NCBI GenBank assembly: GCA_002811645.1
Contig: PDIP01000001.1
Span: 124,001 to 188,000 of the forward strand
Origin: Corallochytrium limacisporum Hawaii
Lineage: Eukaryota; Protista; Pluriformea
Direction of reading: 5' to 3'
Length of the DNA stretch: 64,000 nucleotides
In this document: one piece after another, positions 31,257 to 42,031 of the stretch
How positions within the stretch are numbered: the first letter of the stretch is position 1
Layout: every line of letters starts with the position of its first letter
The notes under the pieces: generated by a model
The model's database searches: none
What the model was told of the DNA's origin: nothing
Seen by the model: the letters and a program-made list of their open reading frames with translations, nothing else
Program-made: the position numbers and the translations under genes

Positions 31257-32756
31257 ATGGTAGACAAAATGGCAGTCGACCCCAAGGTCGACGATAAGGA
31301 AAAGAAGGATGGAGAAATGGAAGTAGACAAACCTGAAGAGATTCCCGTTGACCCCGAAGCTGAGGTTGTACTGGGCGTACGTGCACAGCTGAATCTGATA
31401 GAAAAGACTGCAGTGAGCAAGGAGCTCCGCTTTTTGGTGCGTAGTTTGAGATACTTCCCAAAGTATGCAACCAAACTAAACCCAGCAATTTTGCGTGGTA
31501 TCGTTGAATACAGTACTCCTGCCGGTAGTGACATTCGGGAATATGTTAAGAAGCAGGTCGGCGACGGCGAGGCCAAGGCTCCGAACGAGAAGGAGAAGGC
31601 AGGCACCGCTGCCATCAGCAAGGTTAGCCAAATCTCTCCGGAGGTTGATATTTACATCCGCATCCTGATTATTGCCTACTTCCTCCGGGTAAAGGAAGAC
31701 GTGGCAAAGGCAATGGAAATTGCGGAGGAAACCACCTCACGGGCTCTGTCCCAAAACCGCCGTACTCTGGACCCCCTCACTGCAAAGGTCTTTTACCAGC
31801 TCTTCCGCACTTACGAGCTTAGTAATCGCCTCCCGGAACTGCGTCCCCGCCTGCACAGATGGCTTCGCACGGCGACACTGCACCAGGACGTGCATAGTCA
31901 GGCCATGCTAATTAACCTGCTGCTCCGGGACTACACCCTGAGCTCGCTGTACGGTCAGGCACAGAAGCTCATTGCTAGGGCAAATTTCCCTGAAAAGGTC
32001 CCCAATAACCAGTGGAGCCGATACCTGTACTACATGGGCCGCACGGCTGCCGTGCAGTTGGACTACACCGATGCAAAGGCACATCTCACGCAGTCTATTC
32101 GGAAGGCTCCACAGCATACTGCCATCGGCTTCCACCAGACGGTACAAAAGCTGGCCATAATCGTGGACCTGCTGTTGGGAGAGATCCCAGCTCGGTCTTT
32201 GTTCCGCCAGCCGAAACTTAAAAAGGCCTTAGCACCATACCTTGAGTTGACCCAGGCCGTCCGGGTTGGTGATCTGACTGCCTTTGCCAAGTGTCTCGAG
32301 ACCCATGGAGACAAGTTTAAGGCGGACAAGAACTACCTTCTCATCCTGCGTCTTCGGCACAATGTCATCAAGATGGGTATCAAGAACCTTAACATGTCCT
32401 ACAGCCGCATCGCTCTCTCCGATGTCGCAAAGCGTCTCGGCCTTGACGATGCCCAGGATGCGCGGTATATTGTTGCCAAGGCCATCCGTGATGGTGTCGT
32501 CAATGCCGGCCTGGACCACGCCGAGGGCACCATGAAGTCCAACGAGTTCATCAACGTTTACTCAACATCTGATCCTCAGGTCATGTTCAACGAACGAATC
32601 AAGTTCTGCTTAAACCTGCATAATGAGAGCGTGAAGGCAATGCGCTATCCTCCCGATGCCCATCGGGGGGACCCCAAGGGCCTGGAAGAGCGCAAGATGC
32701 GTGAACAGCTCGAAAAGGAACTTGCTGAAGAGTTGAGCGGCAACGATGAGTTCTAA
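31257..32756 (+). CDS. PSMD3: 26S proteasome regulatory subunit Rpn3
   Basis: NRRTLD, LRTATL, LINLLLRDY, NNQWSRYLYY, LRLRHNVIK, YIVAKAIRDGV, RIKFCLNLHNESVKAMRYP. Start at 31257 or 31269. Confidence 0.97.
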   Translation: MVDKMAVDPKVDDKEKKDGEMEVDKPEEIPVDPEAEVVLGVRAQLNLIEKTAVSKELRFLVRSLRYFPKYATKLNPAILRGIVEYSTPAGSDIREYVKKQVGDGEAKAPNEKEKAGTAAISKVSQISPEVDIYIRILIIAYFLRVKEDVAKAMEIAEETTSRALSQNRRTLDPLTAKVFYQLFRTYELSNRLPELRPRLHRWLRTATLHQDVHSQAMLINLLLRDYTLSSLYGQAQKLIARANFPEKVPNNQWSRYLYYMGRTAAVQLDYTDAKAHLTQSIRKAPQHTAIGFHQTVQKLAIIVDLLLGEIPARSLFRQPKLKKALAPYLELTQAVRVGDLTAFAKCLETHGDKFKADKNYLLILRLRHNVIKMGIKNLNMSYSRIALSDVAKRLGLDDAQDARYIVAKAIRDGVVNAGLDHAEGTMKSNEFINVYSTSDPQVMFNERIKFCLNLHNESVKAMRYPPDAHRGDPKGLEERKMREQLEKELAEELSGNDEF

Positions 32757-32943
32757 ACCATTGACTGTATGATGAAGAAAGAACATAGTATTTCCAGCAC
32801 TGATACAATACGACGATGTGATATGTTTTCATTGTTTTCTGATGGTGGTTTGTTTTCGAATATGCTTGTCTTGCAGACACTCGCGGCCTGTGTTGCCTTA
32901 CCAGAGGCACATACAGCTTCGCGCAGAGCTCTCGTGAACCAGC

Positions 32944-34407
32944 TCACAGGCTCATGACGAATTCCCACTGTGGAATAGAAATAGTCATTGGCGGACGGGT
33001 GATTGGGGGTTGTGCATGGATGAGCTCCACAACTTCCTGGCGGCGCTCCTCATCAAAGTCCAGAGCACTGCCGTTCAGGGCACCTAGAGGACCACGGGAC
33101 ACCACACTTGCAATTCCTTCAAAGCAAATCTCGTCTTGGTCGTGCGTGGCATGACCACGGTCGATCCAAATCCTACCGCCACGACCGATACGCCTTCTGG
33201 CAAAGCCGAGATTTTTGCGTGCAGACCCATTGGTGCCATTGCTATTACCCACAGGCCAGAAGTACTGCGATGGCTTGGTCGTTCGGCGGACGCCGACATT
33301 GGTGGGCATAAAATACTGACCCTTTGGCTGCTTCTTGAAGGCATGGCTGCTCTGGAAATCGTCGGCGTAGGCGATGGCCCGCTGCTCTTCGACGGGCTCC
33401 ACTGGGATAATCGACGCCGCAGCGGCCGCATCGGCCTTGGCCGCCGCTGCCTCCAAGGCAGCCTCGGCCTTGTCCAATTTCTTCTTTTTCTTTGCAGCCT
33501 TCGATCCCTTGATGTCCTCTTCCGCAGGTTTCTTCTCGGTCCAATCGTTGAGCTGGAACCGTCTTTCGAATATCTCTACAGCAAGCTGGGTCCTCTTCAG
33601 CTTTGTTTGTTCACGGTCCTTCATGGCACTGACAAGATCTTTGAGACGTTCAAAGTCGCGCTGCAAGCGAATGATCTTTTCATAGTTGATCTCGTCCCGC
33701 TGACGATTCTTGCGAGTCTGAATACGTTCACTGCGCCTACGGAACGCTACGTACGGATCATTAGCGCTGGCCGCGCTGTTCGCAGTGTGCTTTTCTGTCT
33801 TAATGCGGGGGCGGACCGGATGGGCGAGTTTCTTGCGTTTGGCGAGCCAATACTCAAAAACTGCTTTCGCCACATTGTCGTGTGCTTGATCAGGCTCCAT
33901 ACTATTGCGCATTTCCTGAAAACTGGCAGTCCGCTGATCGAAGGGATAGATGCGCTCGAGAAGGTCAATAAGTTCTTCGAACTTCTCAATGCTGAGTTGG
34001 TAGTCTGCATTACCTCGTTGCTTGTTGAACTTCGTGATCCATTCTTCATCATCATCATCAATGTCATACAGAGGCTGCTCCTTGTCTAATAGCCGATCAG
34101 CAACCCGAATGTAGTGCTTTGGCTGAGTGAATGATGTCTTGTACATCGTCTCATAGTAGTCTACGGTCTTCTTCACATCGGGAGTAGGAATGACTGTCTT
34201 TTTGGCTTTACCCAGGGCCTGCTGAGAGCTAATTGCAGCCTGCAAGTGGTGCTCTTCTTCTTCCTCTTTTTCCATACCCGTGGGCAGTTGAGGCACTGCC
34301 CGGCTAATGTTGGCAGATTCATCGAGGTCAGGAAGCTGACTGAGTTTGTAAATGGGCAAGGGCCTGGTATATTCCAGGGTTCTTGCCCTGAAGCTGAGCT
34401 TCGACAT
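32944..34407 (-). CDS. EPC1: Enhancer of polycomb (NuA4/TIP60 subunit Epl1/EPC)
   Basis: MSKLSFRAR, RAVPQLPTGMEKEEEEEHHLQ, YDIDDDDEEW, DPYVAFRRR, RRRIGRGGRIWIDR. Confidence 0.96.
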   Translation of the reverse strand: MSKLSFRARTLEYTRPLPIYKLSQLPDLDESANISRAVPQLPTGMEKEEEEEHHLQAAISSQQALGKAKKTVIPTPDVKKTVDYYETMYKTSFTQPKHYIRVADRLLDKEQPLYDIDDDDEEWITKFNKQRGNADYQLSIEKFEELIDLLERIYPFDQRTASFQEMRNSMEPDQAHDNVAKAVFEYWLAKRKKLAHPVRPRIKTEKHTANSAASANDPYVAFRRRSERIQTRKNRQRDEINYEKIIRLQRDFERLKDLVSAMKDREQTKLKRTQLAVEIFERRFQLNDWTEKKPAEEDIKGSKAAKKKKKLDKAEAALEAAAAKADAAAAASIIPVEPVEEQRAIAYADDFQSSHAFKKQPKGQYFMPTNVGVRRTTKPSQYFWPVGNSNGTNGSARKNLGFARRRIGRGGRIWIDRGHATHDQDEICFEGIASVVSRGPLGALNGSALDFDEERRQEVVELIHAQPPITRPPMTISIPQWEFVMSL

Positions 34408-35008
34408 TTCTGCGTACTATTTTGTCGGTCCGCTGCTGCCTGATTCAAGTATCCATTATTCCGAGTTTTGACCGAGTCCCTAAAATACTAGACTATTATT
34501 CGCTAAATCTGTCACAGTGCACATGACAAGACATCGACCCAAACAGAGTCTGTCACGAACATTTACCTTATACCTGATTAAACATCAACATAATTTATCC
34601 ATAGAAATGAGATCATAACTATTTCACACCATGAAAATTTCTGAACAAGGTACGCAGTCAGCGCAAACGATAGACCGGTGCATTTATTGTTTACAACTAA
34701 GAAGCAATCTTCGATGTTGATGACTTAGGGACCGAAATCGGCTACTTTGCCATAGTTTCCGATACTGAACGGGGACCCCCTCCCCCCCCTCCCAAATCTT
34801 TCCCGCTCACTTCAAAAGGGATCCAAAACACTTGACACCCCATATGCCGTCGGTAGGCAATTGGATTCAATCAAATAAAATCAAAAACAGGGGTCCAGTA
34901 GTTTAATAGCATATTTCCATGGTGATCGAATTAAGATCAAAAGCAAAAATATATATACTGAAATTGCTATGTGATTTATGTATACTTTCAATAAAATCCG
35001 ATTCCTAA

Positions 35009-36307
35009 TCAATCCCATCCACCTCCACCACCGAGTGGTTCGCTGTTCGCGAGCTGGGCGAAGATTGCGTCACCAGTGGCCTTCTGGCTCTTCTTGGCCT
35101 TCTTGTCCCTCTTGTGCTTCTTCTTGGCTTTTTCTTCAGTGCTGGCCTCCTGTACAGAAAGAACACCGGAGTCGCTGCCGATTGTGGGTTTCTTAGAGTT
35201 CAGCTTGACCTGTTGGACTGTCGGCTCAGGCGCCGGCACCACGGTACTCTCGCCATGTCCCAGCATCTCATCTGCGGACCGCTTCAAAGGCTGTTCCTTT
35301 CGCATCGTAGCAGGTGCTGTGTCGGGCGCTGTCACAACCGTCGTCTTCTTATGGTCTAGCTTCGTGGCACCTGACTTCGACTGTTTCACACGATCTGGCT
35401 TGCTACTCTTCTGCCGTTTGTCATGTTTGTCATGTTTGTCTTTCCTGTTCTTGCCATCCTTGGCTTCCCCGTTGGCGGCCCTTTCCGCAGCCGCTCGCTG
35501 ACGTGCAACTTTGAGCCCTCGCTTCGGCATCAACCGTTTGTTGTCTAGACTGACTAATTTTGGCAACAGTTCCTGAACCCTGCTCTCAAAATCAGGATGT
35601 TCCGCAACTGGGTTCTTCTCCAGAATCAAGTATCGGAGCTCATCGAGACCTTTCAATGAGTCCAATTCTGCCAGACCTTTAATGCCATTTACTCCCAAAT
35701 CGAGAATACGCAGCTTTCCTAGTGTAATGAGCTTGTCTCCGATGTTCTTGATTTTGTTTCCGCGTAAGCGTACTTCAGTGAGGTCAACATTAGCTTTGAG
35801 GTCTGGGATCTCGGAGAGCTGATTGTTTGTCAGGGAGAGCTTACTCAGTTTCTTAAGTTTGCTAAGCCCTGTGATGCTAGTAAGATTGTTTCTGGACAGA
35901 ATGAGGGCATTGAGATTCGTCACGGCATCGAGTCCCCGCACGGTCGCAATTTCATTCTCATTGGCAACGAAAGCACTGAGGGCGTCTAGCTTCAGACTGC
36001 TAAAATCCACATCCTTCAGTTTATTCTGCTGAACGTTCAGAGTAACTAACTTCGAGTAACCCGCCAGCGGGCTGATATCCTGTACCTGATTTTCCTTTAA
36101 ACTGAGCCAGGTCAAAGGCAGTTTGGCTTTCGACAATGCGTCTATATCCTTTATCGCATTCTTGGACAGATCCAGGTGGTGGCATGACTCAAAAGCTTTG
36201 ATCTGCTTTCCAATGGCGTCATATTTCTTATCCTTGGCGATTAGCTTCTTTACACTTTTGGCTGCCTCTTTATCGGCAGCGTAGTCGGACAAGTCTAAGG
36301 TTTTCAT
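35009..36307 (-). CDS. SDS22-type leucine-rich-repeat protein with Lys-rich tail
   Basis: About 9 LxxLxLxxN repeats, LRR cap (NPV...LPKLVSLD), basic tail ending GGGGGWD. Confidence 0.88.
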   Translation of the reverse strand: MKTLDLSDYAADKEAAKSVKKLIAKDKKYDAIGKQIKAFESCHHLDLSKNAIKDIDALSKAKLPLTWLSLKENQVQDISPLAGYSKLVTLNVQQNKLKDVDFSSLKLDALSAFVANENEIATVRGLDAVTNLNALILSRNNLTSITGLSKLKKLSKLSLTNNQLSEIPDLKANVDLTEVRLRGNKIKNIGDKLITLGKLRILDLGVNGIKGLAELDSLKGLDELRYLILEKNPVAEHPDFESRVQELLPKLVSLDNKRLMPKRGLKVARQRAAAERAANGEAKDGKNRKDKHDKHDKRQKSSKPDRVKQSKSGATKLDHKKTTVVTAPDTAPATMRKEQPLKRSADEMLGHGESTVVPAPEPTVQQVKLNSKKPTIGSDSGVLSVQEASTEEKAKKKHKRDKKAKKSQKATGDAIFAQLANSEPLGGGGGWD

Positions 36308-36919
36308 GGTGCCCTACTAGTGGAAGATGACACCGCGTGGACTACCTTGGACGCTCCTACAATTAGGTAACCTATAAGTCTGGGTTAATCTCTAGCTTGA
36401 AATAGATTGAAATTTTCATATTGTGAGTATCGTTGAAAGGGCTACGAGGCAAGAGGAGTGCATGAGCCTACGGTGACCACATACACGTTCAATCCCACCT
36501 CCGCCCGTGTGGTCTTGCCAGGGTGCTGGGTAGATGGGTGTTTGAGTGCGGGGCGGAAGCTAAAGACCCAGGCGGGTCTCTCCCGCGGGGGAAAAGAACG
36601 AGTCGGGCTTCGGCAGGGAGGGGGGCTCAGTCGCCAGCCGGTTCGAGAAGCGAATGACTCGTTGGCCACAAACGATAGAATCGGCTGTTGCTATTTCATG
36701 CGAGAGCATAGGGATTGGTCTTGAGGCACACTAAGATAAATTACATCTTGACCAACAGATCCTGAGCGAAGTGCAGAGTAAATTCGGTTAGAATCAGACT
36801 GTCCCCTCTCGCAACTCTCTTTGGCGGTTGCTGACCGACCGTGACAGAAGGATGTAAGAGCGGTAATAACCATATTTCAGGCCCTCCTTTATTTGTGGCA
36901 TTTGTCAAATCAGCCCAAA

Positions 36920-37522
36920 ATGGATCAGCCATGGCCAGGGGAAGCTCAGAAAGACCGGTGCCACTACGAAACGCTGGGTATTAGCGAGAAAGCAACCAAA
37001 GAAGATGTCAAGAGTGCGTACAGAGAGGCCGCCGCGCGGTGGCATCCAGATAAACATATGGGTGCCAATAAAGAAATGGCCACAAGACAATTCCATCTCG
37101 TAAAGGAAGCGTATGAGACATTGAGCAACGATTCGTACCGCAGAGCGTATGATGCGCACCGCGCTCAGTACAAGGCGGCACAGTGGGGTCCAAACGCGTC
37201 GACCAAGCCATTTCCTGCGCCGAAGACCGCAATGGAAGATGTAGAGAATATGTACTGGAAGTATCAGCAGTACACTAAGGCACCTGGTAAGCGACACAAG
37301 TTCTGGGGCCTTGCTCTGGGCTTACCAGCACTGATCGGGGCCCTCTATCTGGAGAACACATTCCGGGCAAAGAATGAGGCGAAGAAGTACGAAGACATCA
37401 ATGCCTTGCAAAGAGTTCGATATGACTCAGCTGTCGTGAAACGGATGGCGGAAAAGCAAGAAAGAGAACGTCGGAAGATCCAAAAGGATATTGATGCAGA
37501 CCTACAAGCAGAGCGGGCATGA
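36920..37522 (+). CDS. DnaJ (J-domain) protein with a C-terminal TM segment
   Basis: HYETLG, VKSAYR, WHPDK, F..VKEAYETLS, then hydrophobic FWGLALGLPALIGALYL. The true 5' end could include an upstream exon. Confidence 0.9.
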   Translation: MDQPWPGEAQKDRCHYETLGISEKATKEDVKSAYREAAARWHPDKHMGANKEMATRQFHLVKEAYETLSNDSYRRAYDAHRAQYKAAQWGPNASTKPFPAPKTAMEDVENMYWKYQQYTKAPGKRHKFWGLALGLPALIGALYLENTFRAKNEAKKYEDINALQRVRYDSAVVKRMAEKQERERRKIQKDIDADLQAERA

Positions 37523-37615
37523 TACACTTGAGACTCATTAGTAGCAACATCATCCAATCAAATTACATAATCGAATCACATAGGTACTACAACAAAATCT
37601 GTATTTCAAGCTTTT

Positions 37616-39307
37616 TTAAGGACCGGCACCGGAAGGAGATGTTCCGCTCCCTTCATTTTCAGTGGGATCACCTGTCCGGCTCCGGGATATGGTGCTACTA
37701 CCAGCACTGCCAGCACTGCGGTCACTCCCAACGCTCGGTTTCCCGAGAACACTATCTGCAAAACTGTTGACATTCTCCTGCAGGCGTTGGTGACGTTCAA
37801 GCTCATTGCCAAAGATCGCTAGGCTACTGGCCAAGGACTCATTCCGTCTCTCTGCCAGGAAGCTCTCTGACGGAGGAGGCTGTTGTACAATGGACAGGAA
37901 GTGCTTCAGGTCCTCATTATCTGTTTCTACTGTGTCTCCGTAACCGTAACCGGACATGGCCATTGTGTTCTTCGGGGAAATCATCACCCCAGCCGGACCC
38001 GGTGATGGGATGGAACTGCGATCACCATGGAACGACGTATTGTCCTCCGATTTGAAGAAGAAACCTCTCGGTTTTGATGGCTTGGATGGTCCAATGTCAA
38101 TAGGCTTGCTGCGAGGGAAATCAGACAAATTACTGGACGTAGTGGCCTGCGGATGGCTCGTGGATGTACCGTCGCTTAAACGTTTCATGGCCGGAGACCC
38201 AGCGAAACCTGCATTGCGAGCTTCAAGGTAGAGTGACATCCCCGCATTTTCGTCCGGAAGACTCGCACCGTGGCGGTACTCCATATGCGACTTGCTGTGG
38301 GTCAAAGCAGTGCCACTGGGAAAGATCATGTTTTGCATATTTGCCACCGTGGCATGACGCTCCATGGCAGCAGAAGCAGGACGGTGTTGTCTTGTATAGA
38401 GTCCCCCAGAGCTTTCCTGGATGGATGGAGCCATGGGGATTGATTCTGTGGATAGATAGCTCATTTCTCGCTCTGTGACGGATGTGAACACAGGCTCTCG
38501 AGATGCCTTTTCCCCGATGCTCATAGTGCGGCGCCGCTGCATGCGATCCAACTCTGTGCCTCCGGGATCCGTTTTGCGATGCGGCGGTTGCATACTCACG
38601 CTGGTGCTGCGAGCGATCGACTGCCCATCAGCCTGCAAGCTCATATCCATAAAGTCCTCCTGAATTTGCAGAGGCTCAGAGGACTTCCTGACGAGATGAT
38701 CCCTCTCCCAGCCGATCCGATATGAGACGTGGCTCATGATTCTACCTGAGTTGGTAGATACCGGAGCAAAGACAAAATGTTCTACCTTCTCTCCTGTCAA
38801 TGCCATGTCTGGTGACTCCGGGCCACGGTGTAGCTGGTACTTCAGTTTATATCCCTGTCTCTTCCCCAACCAGATTTTATGCGCGGGCATTGTCCTGAGG
38901 TAGATGAGCACCGTCCGCAGGTGCATAATTAGAGCTCTGTACAAAACATTGAATTTGACTGGCCCTGCCGAGCGATCGTAATCGCTCTTCTCCAGCCAAA
39001 GTTGCCATCTTTCCAGTACTAAAGGCTTACTGTCAGCATCATTCCCTCCTCTACTGCCCACTGGACTCAAGTATATGAACAAGCTTAAAGGTGCAAACGG
39101 ATCTTCTTTCGCACTAAGGAATTCCTTCTTCAAAACAGTGGGTTCCCGATATTTCAATTGAAACCATGTGTGGTCTCCTGACCGCTGCGACTGCGGTTCA
39201 TAAGCAGACTCTGGAAAGAGTACTCTGCTCGCTATAATAACCCGTGCATAGTACCTAAAGAACATCCGAAGGACATCTTCGCCAGAAGGCCCTCCCGTTG
39301 AGCTCAT
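37616..39307 (-). CDS. ATG13: Autophagy protein Atg13 (HORMA domain plus disordered region)
   Basis: IIASR, WFQL, LERW, LYRALIMHLRTV..LRTMPAHK, APVSTNSGRI..VSYR; C-terminal MIM-like DLKHFLSIVQQPP. Confidence 0.88.
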   Translation of the reverse strand: MSSTGGPSGEDVLRMFFRYYARVIIASRVLFPESAYEPQSQRSGDHTWFQLKYREPTVLKKEFLSAKEDPFAPLSLFIYLSPVGSRGGNDADSKPLVLERWQLWLEKSDYDRSAGPVKFNVLYRALIMHLRTVLIYLRTMPAHKIWLGKRQGYKLKYQLHRGPESPDMALTGEKVEHFVFAPVSTNSGRIMSHVSYRIGWERDHLVRKSSEPLQIQEDFMDMSLQADGQSIARSTSVSMQPPHRKTDPGGTELDRMQRRRTMSIGEKASREPVFTSVTEREMSYLSTESIPMAPSIQESSGGLYTRQHRPASAAMERHATVANMQNMIFPSGTALTHSKSHMEYRHGASLPDENAGMSLYLEARNAGFAGSPAMKRLSDGTSTSHPQATTSSNLSDFPRSKPIDIGPSKPSKPRGFFFKSEDNTSFHGDRSSIPSPGPAGVMISPKNTMAMSGYGYGDTVETDNEDLKHFLSIVQQPPPSESFLAERRNESLASSLAIFGNELERHQRLQENVNSFADSVLGKPSVGSDRSAGSAGSSTISRSRTGDPTENEGSGTSPSGAGP

Positions 39308-39849
39308 TTCTGATTGTCTATCTATTCTCTAGCTACTACTTGTAACCTGGGCCCATGGTGCATACTGATAGGTATGGTATTCCTTTACAACTCTTTACCA
39401 AGGGCTCATATCTTGTTATCACATAGTTTCTCTTGTTATGGTCAACATCGATTCTCCTCGACCGTATGCGAAGACGTCGCCACTCTTGGCTAGTCGATTT
39501 ATCGCTCGGCCCTTGTTCGCTCTACCAGATCCACCCACAGGTTATGTTTCATACCCATACCAGCACCATGTACGTGTCATCATTATCCTCTTTCGCAAGC
39601 TTTGTAAGTTGAGCACCGGATTGCGTTGTGCATACGCCACGACATACACTCCATCAACCGCCCAAAATCTGAGGAGTCCGAAGGCGGGCGAATCGAAACG
39701 CGAACCCTCCTTATTTCCCGGAACTGCCCCGCTCCCCCCCCCCCCCCAAATGAGCGCCGGCTTGCGCCGACTTGCTATTTGAGCCCGGAACCACAGCCGT
39801 ATACTTAGAGATTATGTAGGCATGCTTTGGTTAATGGGAATTGTAGTTC

Positions 39850-40383
39850 ATGGAAGGAGTCCAGACTTCGCATTGGGATGAAGCAAACTGCAACATTATG
39901 ACAGCTCAAAAGTCTGGTCCCGACCCTGAAAAGGTAAAAAACAAATATGAATCAAAAGAATGGCAGAGGCAATTCGTAGAAGAAGGGACACCGAGCGTGC
40001 TCTTCCACCCGATCAAACACATTCATCATCGACTCGATCGCCACTCTTTAATCAACCAATGGGATGAAGAAGACAAAGAGAAGTGGGAAGAATTTCAGAA
40101 ACGTGAGGACTCCGAAAATCTTCGAATCAAGTACCAGGCCCTGGAAGCTTGCGCCGAGCAACTCAAGACTGCGGCTTTATGCTATGAAACTAGCGGAGTT
40201 CTGAAAGAAGGTTGCAAAGATGAACATGATAGGTTCTGGATGTGCTTCAGGGACAACGGAATGTTCTCGTACCGCAAGTTTGTCGCGCATAAAACAACAC
40301 CGAAAGCAAGAGATCTCTTCAAAGATGGGTTTTCTGGCGCCACTGCAGAACAGGTCCCGGAAGGCTGGAGAGTTGGCCGATAG
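39850..40383 (+). CDS. Twin CX9C (CHCH) protein, probably mitochondrial intermembrane space
   Basis: CAEQLKTAALC and CKDEHDRFWMC form two CX9C motifs. Start may be 39898. Confidence 0.75.
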   Translation: MEGVQTSHWDEANCNIMTAQKSGPDPEKVKNKYESKEWQRQFVEEGTPSVLFHPIKHIHHRLDRHSLINQWDEEDKEKWEEFQKREDSENLRIKYQALEACAEQLKTAALCYETSGVLKEGCKDEHDRFWMCFRDNGMFSYRKFVAHKTTPKARDLFKDGFSGATAEQVPEGWRVGR

Positions 40384-40450
40384 TAGTCTCTCTAAAGAAA
40401 ACATACAATTAAAGAATGGCAGTGAAAGATATGATATGTACGATAAATTA

Positions 40451-42031
40451 TTATTCAGCGGCATAAACCTTGCCGAGGAAATTTACGATGAAATCGTAGA
40501 CAACGGTGTCATCTGGGATGGATGTGATCATACCATACATTGCCGCAGTACCCTTGCTGTTGAGCTCCTTGCCTTCTGGGCTCTTTAAGATATCTACAGT
40601 GGCGTGCAAGTCCTTTAAGAATTGCTTATGGGTCTCAATGTGAGGGGGCATGATGGTAAGATGAAGGCAGTCAGGTTTCTGTTGACGCTCCATATGCCAT
40701 CCATATTTGTCTTCGAGGACGTCTGCCACAGCGTAAATGCTCATCTGATCCGGATTGGTTGTAGTGAAAGAGAGCAAGGTACCTTCGGGGTTACCCAAAA
40801 CCTTGAGATCGCCCATGTCGTGAATAGCCTTCTCAATCTTGCCACGGGTCTCCATGATTTTGCGCGTGGATTCTGTATAGCCGTCTTGCCCCATAGCATT
40901 CAACGCAAACCACGCACCTGCCAGAGGACCCCCACCACGCGTACCAAGCATGGTGGGAGAGGCGAAGAGACCACCAGGCCAACTTCCGTAAGCAAAGAAC
41001 TGATACTTGCGAAGACTCTCGTTGCGCCATACCAGGACACTGGCACCTTTGCATGCATAGCCATATTTGTGTACATCAGCACTTATAGAAGTGACACCAG
41101 GTACTCGAAAATCCCACTGAGGAACAGGGTACCCGGCGGCCTCGACCCATGGAAGCATAAAGCCGCCGATACATGCGTCGACATGCAGGCCGACGTCGTA
41201 CTTTTGAGCCAGCTCACTCATGCCCACGATGGGATCAACAACACCGTGAGGGTATTGTGGAGCGGAGCCGACAATAAGCACAGTATTCCTATTGATCAGT
41301 CTCTCAATGTCGCTCAATTTGGGCTTCATGTCTGGTCCGACATCAACGGTGTTGATTTTGACGCCAAAGTAATGAGAAGCCTTTGTGAATGCCGCATGGG
41401 CAGTTATAGGCATAACGAGTTCGGGCTCTGTGATTCCCTTCTTATGACCGTAGTAATCGCGGTAAGTCTTAACTGCTAGAAGTAGAGACTCTGTTCCACC
41501 GCTAGTCACATTCCCGCGGACGTCTTCATCACCGTTCAGCATGTCCGCAGTCATATTCACCACGTCAACTTCCATCTTCCGCAGAGAGGGAAACGCAATT
41601 GGGTTCAAGGCATTGTCGTGCAAATACAGTGTTGCCGCCTTGGTCATGTTGTCACTGAAGGAGTGATCCTGCGCGTACACATATGCCCATGCCTTACCAG
41701 CATGACCATCAACATCCGCTTGCTTCATCCGCCGCATGGCCTCATACAGCTCACGATGATCACGACCGTTCTTCGGGATAGTAGTGATGGCCTTGGCCTC
41801 CTCACCTTCCACTCCATGTTTGAACAGATCCTTGACTGCCTTACTGGCCTCCTTATCAAGCTCAGCATCCAGTGCACCTCCGACTCCAGGAACTGATGTG
41901 CGGAGGAACCTCAGCAAAGGACCGAGAATTGCTTTCTTTGCTCCCTCCTTGGAAATCTTGCGAAGCAGCATGAGCACCGCAATCAGAGCAATTCCTCGCT
42001 CGGCGCCACGAATCATCTTTGCGATCTCCAT
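40451..42031 (-). CDS. SGPL1: Sphingosine-1-phosphate lyase family PLP enzyme
   Basis: TSGGTES, AHAAFTKA, SAPQYPHGVVDPI, LHVDACIGGF, SISADVHKYGY (PLP lysine), AMYGM; N-terminal membrane anchor. Confidence 0.93.
   Translation of the reverse strand: MEIAKMIRGAERGIALIAVLMLLRKISKEGAKKAILGPLLRFLRTSVPGVGGALDAELDKEASKAVKDLFKHGVEGEEAKAITTIPKNGRDHRELYEAMRRMKQADVDGHAGKAWAYVYAQDHSFSDNMTKAATLYLHDNALNPIAFPSLRKMEVDVVNMTADMLNGDEDVRGNVTSGGTESLLLAVKTYRDYYGHKKGITEPELVMPITAHAAFTKASHYFGVKINTVDVGPDMKPKLSDIERLINRNTVLIVGSAPQYPHGVVDPIVGMSELAQKYDVGLHVDACIGGFMLPWVEAAGYPVPQWDFRVPGVTSISADVHKYGYACKGASVLVWRNESLRKYQFFAYGSWPGGLFASPTMLGTRGGGPLAGAWFALNAMGQDGYTESTRKIMETRGKIEKAIHDMGDLKVLGNPEGTLLSFTTTNPDQMSIYAVADVLEDKYGWHMERQQKPDCLHLTIMPPHIETHKQFLKDLHATVDILKSPEGKELNSKGTAAMYGMITSIPDDTVVYDFIVNFLGKVYAAE

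Noticed and set aside
32769-32846. C/D-box-like arrangement after the PSMD3 stop (ATGATGA..CTGA..CTGA); similar at 29014-29108
   Set aside because: Terminal stems are weak and I could not match guides to rRNA. Such boxes arise by chance in AT-rich UTRs; snoscan would settle it.
33136-34089. Long antisense ORFs (317 aa here; also 40622..41479, 25756..26439, 22995..23552, 51107..51718)
   Set aside because: Shadows of conserved genes produced by codon bias, with no recognisable domains.
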